The notes below the pieces were generated by a model that saw only the letters and a list, made by a program, of their open reading frames with translations, ran no database searches and was not told where the DNA came from. Positions 37,897-46,765 of a stretch of 64,000 nucleotides of DNA are shown here, piece by piece. Origin of the DNA: a virus (taxonomy: Duplodnaviria; Caudoviricetes); IMG/VR virus record IMGVR_UViG_3300037067_026422. One strand, written 5' to 3'. Made by a program: the position numbers and the translations under genes. Every line of letters starts with the position of its first letter. Within the stretch, counting starts at the first letter, position 1.

Positions 37897-38877
37897 TTAG
37901 AACTGACGTTTACCTGAAACATGAAAAGGATCCTTAAGCTCTACCGGAACCTGTGCCGGTCGATCAGCTATTCTTTTCAACTTTGGAAGGTTACCTGTAA
38001 CTTTTAACTCGTCAAACTGTTTTGCAATACCAGGCCATTCAGCTTTAAGACTATCAATACCTTTACTGGCACAAACCCCAAGAGCTTTACGATCTGAAGC
38101 TGATTTAGGGTTTATTTTACCAGCATCAACAACCAGCTTAACATAAGCACGCTCATCATCTCCGACACCTGAAAAATTTGATTCACAAGCAGAGCAATAC
38201 CCTTTCCAAAGTATCTCACCACAAATAGGACAGGTGTCTATGATTCTATCATTGATATTGAGTTCGGTGATCTTATAAACTGTCGCAAAGGTATTTTCTT
38301 CATAGGGTACGATCGTTGGATTGGTACGCTTTCGAGCTGCTTTGAGTAACTCCAAAGAATACGCAATATCAACTATCTCTTTTCCTGGAATATGCTTACC
38401 GGGTTTTAATACTATAAATGCTTGACTTCTACTTCTACGATTAAGCTCCTGCTCCATATTCTCATCCCGGTTTGTATTCCACATAGTCAAAAGCTCAGTA
38501 TCTGTCATTTGACCTATGGGTTTGTTTGCCTGGATAAACTCAATGATAGCAGAACTTGAAGTATCCGAAGATACACCATTATCCGGTTTTACAACTTTTG
38601 GGGTTTCTTCCCCGAAAGGATCTTCACCTTTGAGGTACATAGAGGCTGCTTTGATGCAGAACTTCCCTTTACCTTCAAAATTCTTGGTAAGGATTTCAAC
38701 GATATCTTCCTGGCTAATCACTCGAGAATTCAAGTATTTCAGACCGGCACCATCTTCATCGATACCAAATGCAGAAAGAGCTTCTTTGAGCTTAGGTACT
38801 TCAGAATCTTGGAGTTTGAGGGATTCTGCAGCTTTTTGAAAACGTGCGGATACAAAGGATAGATTGGTGGTAGACAT
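37897..38877 (-). CDS. Hypothetical protein with Zn ribbon
   Basis: 326 aa; CPICG...C..C; GGAG RBS. Confidence 0.65.
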   Translation of the reverse strand: MSTTNLSFVSARFQKAAESLKLQDSEVPKLKEALSAFGIDEDGAGLKYLNSRVISQEDIVEILTKNFEGKGKFCIKAASMYLKGEDPFGEETPKVVKPDNGVSSDTSSSAIIEFIQANKPIGQMTDTELLTMWNTNRDENMEQELNRRSRSQAFIVLKPGKHIPGKEIVDIAYSLELLKAARKRTNPTIVPYEENTFATVYKITELNINDRIIDTCPICGEILWKGYCSACESNFSGVGDDERAYVKLVVDAGKINPKSASDRKALGVCASKGIDSLKAEWPGIAKQFDELKVTGNLPKLKRIADRPAQVPVELKDPFHVSGKRQF

Positions 38878-39063
38878 AAAGTTTCTCCTATACTTGCCAA
38901 CGTATTACAGTCAGCGAATTTTTAGAGCTTCTCGATAACAGCGGCTCTTTCCTGTACATGCCTTCAAACCTGCATGTTCGGTCTCTTAGGAAGTCTTATA
39001 GAGATCCTATAAGACTTCCACTATTTCAAACATAAATTATAAGAATAAAAAAGTCAATACTAT

Positions 39064-39456
39064 TTAGTTTATTATTTCAATAATGTCTTTGAGGAGTTTA
39101 ACCTTCAAGGGTGTCATTGTAACTGAACTGTCAACCTTTATGATACTATTAAGGGAAATATCTACTTCTTCCTCAAGAACTTCAACCAATTCTTCCATAC
39201 ATTCCTTTTTAGACTCTTCATTCTCAAAAAGGATATTCCCGGCACCATCTGAAAGAACCTTTCCTGCACTATCTTTCTTACACAATCTCTCAATTATTGC
39301 TCTTCTTGTCCTCTGAACTATTTTTCTCTGTCCACTGATTTCATCCACTGAACTGGAAACTTCAAGGCATTGCTTGGCTGACATCGGAAGAGTCAATAGA
39401 CTCAAAAAAGCATCCAAGAAATTGTCATCCAAAATCATCTTGTTTTTAATCTTCAT
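39064..39456 (-). CDS. Hypothetical protein of the type that follows tail fibre genes
   Basis: 130 aa helical ORF downstream of 39499..41214. Confidence 0.55.
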   Translation of the reverse strand: MKIKNKMILDDNFLDAFLSLLTLPMSAKQCLEVSSSVDEISGQRKIVQRTRRAIIERLCKKDSAGKVLSDGAGNILFENEESKKECMEELVEVLEEEVDISLNSIIKVDSSVTMTPLKVKLLKDIIEIIN

Positions 39457-39498
39457 ATAGATCTCCTGATATAATTTGATATGATATTATTTACTTAC

Positions 39499-41214
39499 TT
39501 AGTCTATGTATATGCTATTATTACAAACACGTACTCTTTTTGAAGAACTTGTATATCCATCATAAAGCCAAATGTCTGTAAACCCATAGCTAGAAGACCC
39601 TAATGATGTATTATTGTTACCCCCTGGCTTCCATACATAGTCACCAATTGTAATAGAGGTAACATCTGTCCCATCATGGGCGGACAACTTTATAGTAGGA
39701 TGACCACAAATTACCACGCTATCTGTGATTAACCCAAATTTTGATCCCTGAAAATAATCCGAAGTTACCCTGTCTGAAAATATCCCCCTGACTGCTGTGA
39801 TATCCCCTGAAAGAGTTATATCTGTAGCTGTTATACCTTGAGCGGTTATCATAGTAGCCTGTGCAAAATCGATACCATCTTTATTAAATTCATATGAGGT
39901 ACCATTAATGGAAAATCCCACCGAACAATAAGCTAAAATATTACCCGGATTAACATCATGAATAAACAAGTTTGCTTTACCAAAAGTCAATACACCCTCA
40001 GCGCCTGGATCAAAAGGAGACTCCGCTGTAAGTACAAATGACTCATTATCGGTAGCAGAAATAAGCGTGAGTGTGTCCTTTGTCAGCATAGCCCCATAAC
40101 ACCCTATGATTACCTTACCGGTATTCTCTGTAAGGGTCACATCCCCACCAGTAGTTAAAGCCCCTAATGAAAGTGCTACTCCAGGTGGAACAATCATTTC
40201 TGTATCCCCAAATAAATATGGCTGACCATTTACAGTAAACGATATATAGCAACTGGATCCATCCTCATATAAAGTAACTTTTACTCTGCTACTACCTACA
40301 TCAGTACCATAATAAATAGTACCCTCGTTAGTAGTGCTCTGTGCTGATATACCCAGATAAAGACCACCCGCACCTATATACACTTCAGGTGTAAGTATAT
40401 CCATCTCACTACTTCCAAGCAAATAATGACTTGTTCCAGAATCAAACCCAAAAGAAGGACTCACGCCGTCATCATATAAAATGATTTTTGCATCTTTAAA
40501 CTTTATTACTGCTTCAGTATCCGGAATGATTAGGGGTTCTACAGCAGGATCTGTGGTTAAAATCAAGGGATAATTATTGCTATTATCAACCCTAAGGGTC
40601 TGACCATCAAAGGTAGCTGCATTTTCTAAGAAAGAATATTTAGAACCATTTACTGTTATGTCCGTAGTACGAGTAACAGTATCGTCAAATAGGACCATAC
40701 TAACGGTTCCTATTTCAAGAATTCCCTCACTAGCTAATGTATATACATTGAACGGGCCATTAGTAGCGGGGATGTTAATCGCAGTCTCTGAAATCTCAAA
40801 TCCTGCAGTACCTATAGTAATAGTGTTGGCATCCCCATCAAGAATAATATCACCAAGAGTCAAACTTGGTACACTTAGATCAAATACACCGTCATCGATC
40901 CCAGCACGACCGATTAATCTGATCATGTTCTTGGCGACATTGAGTTCAGATCCCGCTTCACCAGGAACAAGACTTATAGTGGAAATTGCATTATAAGGAT
41001 CAAAAAGAGTCTTATAGATCCTGGCAATATAGTCCGCTGTACGCTCATCAGCTATCCGATCCGTACGCCCCCACTCATCATCATCATCCGACTGAGGAAC
41101 ATTAAGGATAAATCCAGGAAGCATCTCATCGCCAATACCGTAATAAATGCTTTTTGGACCCTTAGAAAAGGTACTATATACCGAACTATAAGACAGAAAA
41201 TCTTGGTCAGCCAT
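39499..41214 (-). CDS. Tail fibre/structural protein
   Basis: 571 aa acidic, Gly/Thr-rich beta-type sequence; P...N..SLGSSS..F..IW C-terminal motif. Confidence 0.55.
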   Translation of the reverse strand: MADQDFLSYSSVYSTFSKGPKSIYYGIGDEMLPGFILNVPQSDDDDEWGRTDRIADERTADYIARIYKTLFDPYNAISTISLVPGEAGSELNVAKNMIRLIGRAGIDDGVFDLSVPSLTLGDIILDGDANTITIGTAGFEISETAINIPATNGPFNVYTLASEGILEIGTVSMVLFDDTVTRTTDITVNGSKYSFLENAATFDGQTLRVDNSNNYPLILTTDPAVEPLIIPDTEAVIKFKDAKIILYDDGVSPSFGFDSGTSHYLLGSSEMDILTPEVYIGAGGLYLGISAQSTTNEGTIYYGTDVGSSRVKVTLYEDGSSCYISFTVNGQPYLFGDTEMIVPPGVALSLGALTTGGDVTLTENTGKVIIGCYGAMLTKDTLTLISATDNESFVLTAESPFDPGAEGVLTFGKANLFIHDVNPGNILAYCSVGFSINGTSYEFNKDGIDFAQATMITAQGITATDITLSGDITAVRGIFSDRVTSDYFQGSKFGLITDSVVICGHPTIKLSAHDGTDVTSITIGDYVWKPGGNNNTSLGSSSYGFTDIWLYDGYTSSSKRVRVCNNSIYID

Positions 41215-41326
41215 GACGGACTCCTTATTTTTTCATAATAACCATACCATCAATAATACAATCGTATTAAGAGAATATTATGAAAATTCAGGAGTTCCCT
41301 TCATGTAACATACCAAGACAAATAGA

Positions 41327-42232
41327 TTAATCAATAGGTTTAACTTTCAATTTGAAGGTCACATAACACTTAAATTTCTCAGGGTGACGAAGATATTCAA
41401 GATAATGCTCCATAGGTACCTCTTGATCTTCATCCTTACCAAGGACCCGAAGTATCTCTTTATCCCCCTGCTTTTCAAGTACCAGCTCACCTTTATGTGC
41501 GTACTCAATTGGACTATCAGCTGTAGGTTCAGTATTTACAGGAGTGTCATCCATCTTACCAGATCCTCCGGATCCCCCTGCCGCATCAGGATCAATATTA
41601 TCCAGATCATAATTTTTCTGGATAGACTTAAGAACAGTCGGAACATCCTTAGCCGGGGTCTCATGCTCAAGTATGAAATCTACCGTATCCTTGATGACAT
41701 CCGGATCATCCGTTTTCTCCGAAATATGACTCCAATGTAGATCATTGAACTTAGATTCCCCTACCGGTTTGGAAAGTTCTATCTTCGCCTCTTCTGGAAT
41801 CCTACCCATACCCTCCGATAAAGCTGCCAAACGCTTCAACCTATGCGGGGTCACTCCAAGTATCTCTGCAATTTCTTTATCCTTGTGACCTTTCCCATTG
41901 AGCTTTAAATAAGCCCGGTTAAGATCCATGGGACTTAAATTTCTACGGTAGACATTCTCAGCAAGAGATATAAGATACCCTTCTTCATCATCCGCATCTA
42001 TGATGATATACTCAGTATCTGGTAGTTCATAATCCTTACCGTGTAACTTCTCCAGGGCCTTTCTACGACGCTGTCCAGATATGATCTCGAACACCCCATC
42101 TTTCTCCCTCAGCACTATTTTGCTTATGAGGTGATGCTTTTTGATTGACCCAGACAAGGGATCTATCCCGTCATCATCCTCAACAACTGTACGGGCATTA
42201 CACGTCGATACTACCAAATCCTGTAGCTTCAT
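41327..42232 (-). CDS. ParB/Srx-like N-terminal domain protein
   Basis: L..SIK, EIISGQRRRKA, SLAEN..R.NLSP.D, HTH-like EIAEILG. Confidence 0.85.
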   Translation of the reverse strand: MKLQDLVVSTCNARTVVEDDDGIDPLSGSIKKHHLISKIVLREKDGVFEIISGQRRRKALEKLHGKDYELPDTEYIIIDADDEEGYLISLAENVYRRNLSPMDLNRAYLKLNGKGHKDKEIAEILGVTPHRLKRLAALSEGMGRIPEEAKIELSKPVGESKFNDLHWSHISEKTDDPDVIKDTVDFILEHETPAKDVPTVLKSIQKNYDLDNIDPDAAGGSGGSGKMDDTPVNTEPTADSPIEYAHKGELVLEKQGDKEILRVLGKDEDQEVPMEHYLEYLRHPEKFKCYVTFKLKVKPID

Positions 42233-42245
42233 ATAAATTTCCTTT

Positions 42246-44204
42246 TTAAAAAAGAGTCTCTGATTCTATAATCACATCCTGTTTTTTTATTTCCTGATTT
42301 ATAGGCTCTTCCTTCTTATATCCCCCTATAAGTTTCAGGAATTCATCTTCATTTATTATCTTGACCCCCAACTTCCTGGCTTTTTGATTTTTTGAGCTGC
42401 CTGAGTCCTTGTCATTTGTCAAAAGGTACGTAAGGCCTTCAGAAACAGTATCCTTGGCGACCCCTCCAAGATCTACTACTACAGCCTGAAATTCTTTTCT
42501 ACCCATAGAGGATAAAGATCCTGTTACACAAAAGGACATCCCCGTCAAGACACCCTTTTTCTTTTCCTTGATTTTTATTACCTTCAAAAGGTCATCCGCC
42601 ATGCTTCTAACTTCAGCTATACCCTCACAAACATTATGAGCAGAAATTGCCGCGAACCCGGAAATTTTTCCCAAGTCAGAGGGCACTACACAAACGATCT
42701 CATCCCATGATCCGAATCTCTCCACCAGAATCCCGGCAGTAGCCTTAGAGCACGTAGGTATTCCCAGTGCAGTCAGAAAATGTTCCAAAAACAGTTCGGA
42801 GGTACTTTTCATAGTTTCAAAGAAAGCTTTAACAGTCTTCTCCCCTATACCTTCTACTGCAATAAAATCATCTGCAGTAAGCTTATACAAATCAGATACA
42901 GATCGTACCTTACCAAGATCCCATAACCGCCCTACAAACTTTTCCGAGAAGCCCTTCATACCCAATGTCTGTATCCAATAAACAATACGATTAATATCCC
43001 GCTCTTTACAGACAGCATTCCGACACCAGATATTTACCCCATCATCTTCCACAGGACCCCCGCACGACGGGCATACTTTAGGTTTCTCAATGGGCCCCCC
43101 CTCCATGAGTACTTCCGTCACCTGGGGAATAATGTCACCTTTCTTCTCTATGGCTACCTCGGAACCTATCCCAATACCCATCTCCACCATATAAGAAAAA
43201 TTATGAACGGAAGCCTTCTTGATAGTACTCCCCATAAGTTCCACTGGTTCCAGGATTACTACTGGAGTGATCTTACCTGTACGTCCCACCTGCAGCAATA
43301 AATTTAATACTGTTGTACATACTTTTTCAGAGTCGAACTTTAAAGCTACCTGACCCTCTGGACGATTTCTCTGTACTCCGAGTTTCTCCTGAAGATCTAT
43401 ATCATTAAGTTTCAATACCAAACCATCTATCTCATACGGATACTGATCTCTGTGTTCATCCCTGATAGACTTATAAATAGTTATGATTTCCTCTACAGTA
43501 GTGCATACAAAGGTTTGTACAGTAGAAAAGCCAAGCTTTTTAAGGGTGGCGATCTTATCAGTCTCTTTTTTTACTTTAGCATTAATATCATAGGTGATAA
43601 TCCTGATATGCGAGCTATTTTTACCGTCATATCTACGACTGATACCACTGGCGGCATTCCGGGCATTTTTGTAGTGACCCCCACTTTCTGCCTGCAAAAT
43701 CTTGAAGGATTTTTTGAGGAGTACTCCTTCACCACGTACCACGACATTATTAGAGATAGGAATCTTAACCGGGAGTTGCTTAAACAATAAGGTATTCTCA
43801 TAAATATTTTCTCCGATATACCCGTCTCCTCGAGTTACACCACTCTCAAGCACCCCATTGACATACCCTACCTCAAGAGAAAATCCATCAATCTTATGCT
43901 GCAGAACAAATTCAGGATCTTTTATCCCCAATTCATCTATAATCTTTTTAACCCACTCCCGAATAGCCCCCTCTGAGGATACTTTGTTTTGGGAACCCAT
44001 AGCGATGACATGCTTTTTCTTAGGCCATGAGCTTACTACTCCATGCCCTACCTTGCTCCATCTCGGATGATTAGGAGGAAGAAGCTTATATACTCTCTCC
44101 TTAAAAGCATCATACTCCGTATCACCCATAAGCTGTTGCTCATTATAATAAGCATCATCAAGCTCATCAAGCCTCTTCAGCAATACCTCTAGCTTTTCAC
44201 TCAT
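42246..44204 (-). CDS. ligA: NAD-dependent DNA ligase
   Basis: YY..D.EYD, KIDG, TRGDG..GE, RGE, RNAASG, DGLVLK, QVGRTG, Zn finger, BRCT. Confidence 0.97.
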   Translation of the reverse strand: MSEKLEVLLKRLDELDDAYYNEQQLMGDTEYDAFKERVYKLLPPNHPRWSKVGHGVVSSWPKKKHVIAMGSQNKVSSEGAIREWVKKIIDELGIKDPEFVLQHKIDGFSLEVGYVNGVLESGVTRGDGYIGENIYENTLLFKQLPVKIPISNNVVVRGEGVLLKKSFKILQAESGGHYKNARNAASGISRRYDGKNSSHIRIITYDINAKVKKETDKIATLKKLGFSTVQTFVCTTVEEIITIYKSIRDEHRDQYPYEIDGLVLKLNDIDLQEKLGVQRNRPEGQVALKFDSEKVCTTVLNLLLQVGRTGKITPVVILEPVELMGSTIKKASVHNFSYMVEMGIGIGSEVAIEKKGDIIPQVTEVLMEGGPIEKPKVCPSCGGPVEDDGVNIWCRNAVCKERDINRIVYWIQTLGMKGFSEKFVGRLWDLGKVRSVSDLYKLTADDFIAVEGIGEKTVKAFFETMKSTSELFLEHFLTALGIPTCSKATAGILVERFGSWDEIVCVVPSDLGKISGFAAISAHNVCEGIAEVRSMADDLLKVIKIKEKKKGVLTGMSFCVTGSLSSMGRKEFQAVVVDLGGVAKDTVSEGLTYLLTNDKDSGSSKNQKARKLGVKIINEDEFLKLIGGYKKEEPINQEIKKQDVIIESETLF

Positions 44205-44234
44205 ATGCTACCTTTCTTTTGACTCACTATCTGG

Positions 44235-44750
44235 TCAAATTTTTTCAGTACAGCTGATTTCCACTAATATATTGCTCATGTCATTACTCAATATATACAA
44301 CCCCTTCTTTAACATATTTTTTACCACACAATGACAGGGTAAAACCACTGTCCAGAACTTAGCGGCTTTCTCAGTTTCAATGACAGCCTGCTTCTGTTCT
44401 TCTGTAAGATCTTTTAAGGAAACCGGTGCAATCATCACAAAATCATCAGTATTCGAGATACGATGCTTTTCAATCTTCATTATCTTTCTGCCTGTACCAT
44501 AGCACTGATTGCAGTTTGACTTTCCATGCTGTGTAGATTCACTTAAAGGGATATGACGAGCACTAATGATATAAGTCTTACTATCATGAGTTTTTACAAT
44601 ATCCGAATAGGTGAACTGATCGTCCCCCGCGCACTTCCGACTGCTCATGACTTCCTTATAAATAAGTTTTACCATCGTCTGCGGAAAAATATCCTCAACA
44701 TGAAGTACTTCTCTTTTAGCTTCAACAACATTAGCAGATAACATCTTCAC
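44235..44750 (-). CDS. Hypothetical protein with CxxC.GTG motif
   Basis: CNQCYGTG ... PCHC. Confidence 0.6.
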   Translation of the reverse strand: MKMLSANVVEAKREVLHVEDIFPQTMVKLIYKEVMSSRKCAGDDQFTYSDIVKTHDSKTYIISARHIPLSESTQHGKSNCNQCYGTGRKIMKIEKHRISNTDDFVMIAPVSLKDLTEEQKQAVIETEKAAKFWTVVLPCHCVVKNMLKKGLYILSNDMSNILVEISCTEKI

Positions 44751-45940
44751 AGATCCCTTTCTTTTTCTTCCACTGTATTAGAACCATCTGAGAAAAATAA
44801 ATTTAGATATATACCAATAGCTTTCTCAATTTGTGATCTTTTCAAAGCATCGAAATCTTTTGCCACCAGACCCACATGCATCGCCAAATCCCATGGACTC
44901 TTTATGCTATCAAGGCACTCACTTACTTGATGGTATATTGCCTTCTTTACCGCAGAAGTAAGTCCTTTTCCCCGGCTTATTTCAAGAGCATCCGTCTCTG
45001 CACAAAAATCCTTCTGAGCTTCTATCTGCTTTTTTTCCAACCTGGAAAAAATCTCAGGGATCTCCTCATTCAACCGGTTCAGCATTACTGGTAGAATATC
45101 TTTTATACTTGAAGGCTGCAAACCCGTGTAATCAGATTTGAAAAAAGATTCCCCACCATAGCTCGCCACACAGCTGGTCTTACTCAGCTTATTATATAAA
45201 AGTACATCTATGGACAATGGGCATGCACCTAATTCTGAAGCAGTAACAGAAAAACCCATACAAACCGGACCATTAAAAGTGTACTCCTTTTCAAATAAAA
45301 ATCGGGCATGAAGTATCAGATCATCCTTCTCATCCCCATAAGCACACTCAAGCTTAAAAGGCTCTGTTACCGAATCCTTGATTATCTGAATCAATTCATG
45401 TAGAGGAATAATTAGTTTAGAAACTGGAGTTATAGCCCTTATTATTGTACAACCCTTTGACTCTCTTATCTTTATAATATTTTGAGCTTTTTTTATATCA
45501 TCGGCAAGTCCTGCCTGCCAGGTTTTTACAATATTGGTTTTGAGAGTCGGTCGACATGAAGCAAAAAAAGCATATGGGATGCTGATTATTTTACAAAGTT
45601 GTTTGATAGCATGTACCACCTTAGCATCTTTTGGCTTCTGGGGGTCCAATTTAAAATAAAGCCTGTTTTCATAGTAATTCTTATCATTGAACTCAAGGAA
45701 AGAATCCTCCTCCGAAATGTTATATGAAACACTTCTTAAATCAATCAATAAATCTCGACAATTTTCATGCCACATCTTAAGTCGTCCGGATAGCTCAGAG
45801 ATATCCTTCGAATCTCCAACTTTTGTTTCTTGTTCCCGCCCTTCTAAAGGATCAGAAGGTTCATCTGAGGTTATTTTTTTCAGAACCTCTTTTTCGAGGG
45901 TATCCTCACACAAAAGAATATCATCTATGTCTATTTCCAT
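44747..45940 (-). CDS. DUF932-like hypothetical protein
   Basis: A..QLC..I.IP..F, IRAI, GFSV..SE.G...L.ID..LY...C pattern. Confidence 0.5.
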   Translation of the reverse strand: MEIDIDDILLCEDTLEKEVLKKITSDEPSDPLEGREQETKVGDSKDISELSGRLKMWHENCRDLLIDLRSVSYNISEEDSFLEFNDKNYYENRLYFKLDPQKPKDAKVVHAIKQLCKIISIPYAFFASCRPTLKTNIVKTWQAGLADDIKKAQNIIKIRESKGCTIIRAITPVSKLIIPLHELIQIIKDSVTEPFKLECAYGDEKDDLILHARFLFEKEYTFNGPVCMGFSVTASELGACPLSIDVLLYNKLSKTSCVASYGGESFFKSDYTGLQPSSIKDILPVMLNRLNEEIPEIFSRLEKKQIEAQKDFCAETDALEISRGKGLTSAVKKAIYHQVSECLDSIKSPWDLAMHVGLVAKDFDALKRSQIEKAIGIYLNLFFSDGSNTVEEKERDL

Positions 45941-45942
45941 AA

Positions 45943-46149
45943 TTACTGCTGCTTCCTGTATGCATCTCGTATTTTCTTATTGGTATGTAATAGCTTAGTC
46001 TTAAGAAACATGAATCTACAAAGAGTATCTTTATAGCACATATCCCCCAAAGCTGTATCATCTCCACCTCTATACTTGGATAGTCTATCTTTAATGGTAA
46101 TAATCTCATCAACAAAAGACTTATACTTTTCTATCTCAGGGTCTTCCAT
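45943..46149 (-). CDS. Small hypothetical protein
   Basis: 68 aa ORF coupled to neighbours. Confidence 0.5.
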   Translation of the reverse strand: MEDPEIEKYKSFVDEIITIKDRLSKYRGGDDTALGDMCYKDTLCRFMFLKTKLLHTNKKIRDAYRKQQ

Positions 46150-46742
46150 AAAATAAATCTCTTTTGTAGGCGTTGCTTAATAAGTTTGACCAGATTATCG
46201 GATACCCCCAATACCTTTGCTATATAAGCTGATTTAAATCCTTCCTGCTTATACTCCAAATAAATCATCATCTGTTTAAAGCTATTTTCAGACTCTGTCC
46301 TTTTAAGATATTCCTTGAACTCCTTAAGGCACTGTTCAAAAAGTTCATCAGGACTACATTCACCTGTATCAGGAATAAATCCTGTACGGTCAAATTTGTA
46401 TGGCCCAGTAAAATCAGTAGTATGCTCCCAAATATCCTCAAATTCAGAGACGCCATGCCGGATCTGCTTAGCCACAGAAACAAACTCATGCTGGATAGAC
46501 ACATTTTTTTTAGCCATGGCAGGAAGTACCCAACAGAGAAGCGTAGCTATATATGTATCAAAGTTACCTTTCTTCTTGTCATACCCTTCCAGAGCTTTAG
46601 TTTGTATGAGCTTCACATAGAATTCCTGGATGTGCTCATCCACCATATCTTTATCAAATATACCTGTTTTATACTTGAAAAATCTTATAAGTTGCTCCTC
46701 ATTCTTGACTGCAAATTCTTTAACGTTTCGAACTTCTACCAT
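46131..46742 (-). CDS. Phage sigma factor-like protein
   Basis: D..QEFYVKL...YD..KG.F.TY region 2; EG...YIAKVLGVS...V region 4 HTH. Confidence 0.65.
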   Translation of the reverse strand: MVEVRNVKEFAVKNEEQLIRFFKYKTGIFDKDMVDEHIQEFYVKLIQTKALEGYDKKKGNFDTYIATLLCWVLPAMAKKNVSIQHEFVSVAKQIRHGVSEFEDIWEHTTDFTGPYKFDRTGFIPDTGECSPDELFEQCLKEFKEYLKRTESENSFKQMMIYLEYKQEGFKSAYIAKVLGVSDNLVKLIKQRLQKRFILWKTLR

Positions 46743-46765
46743 AGCTACCTCACAAATAATGCGTT

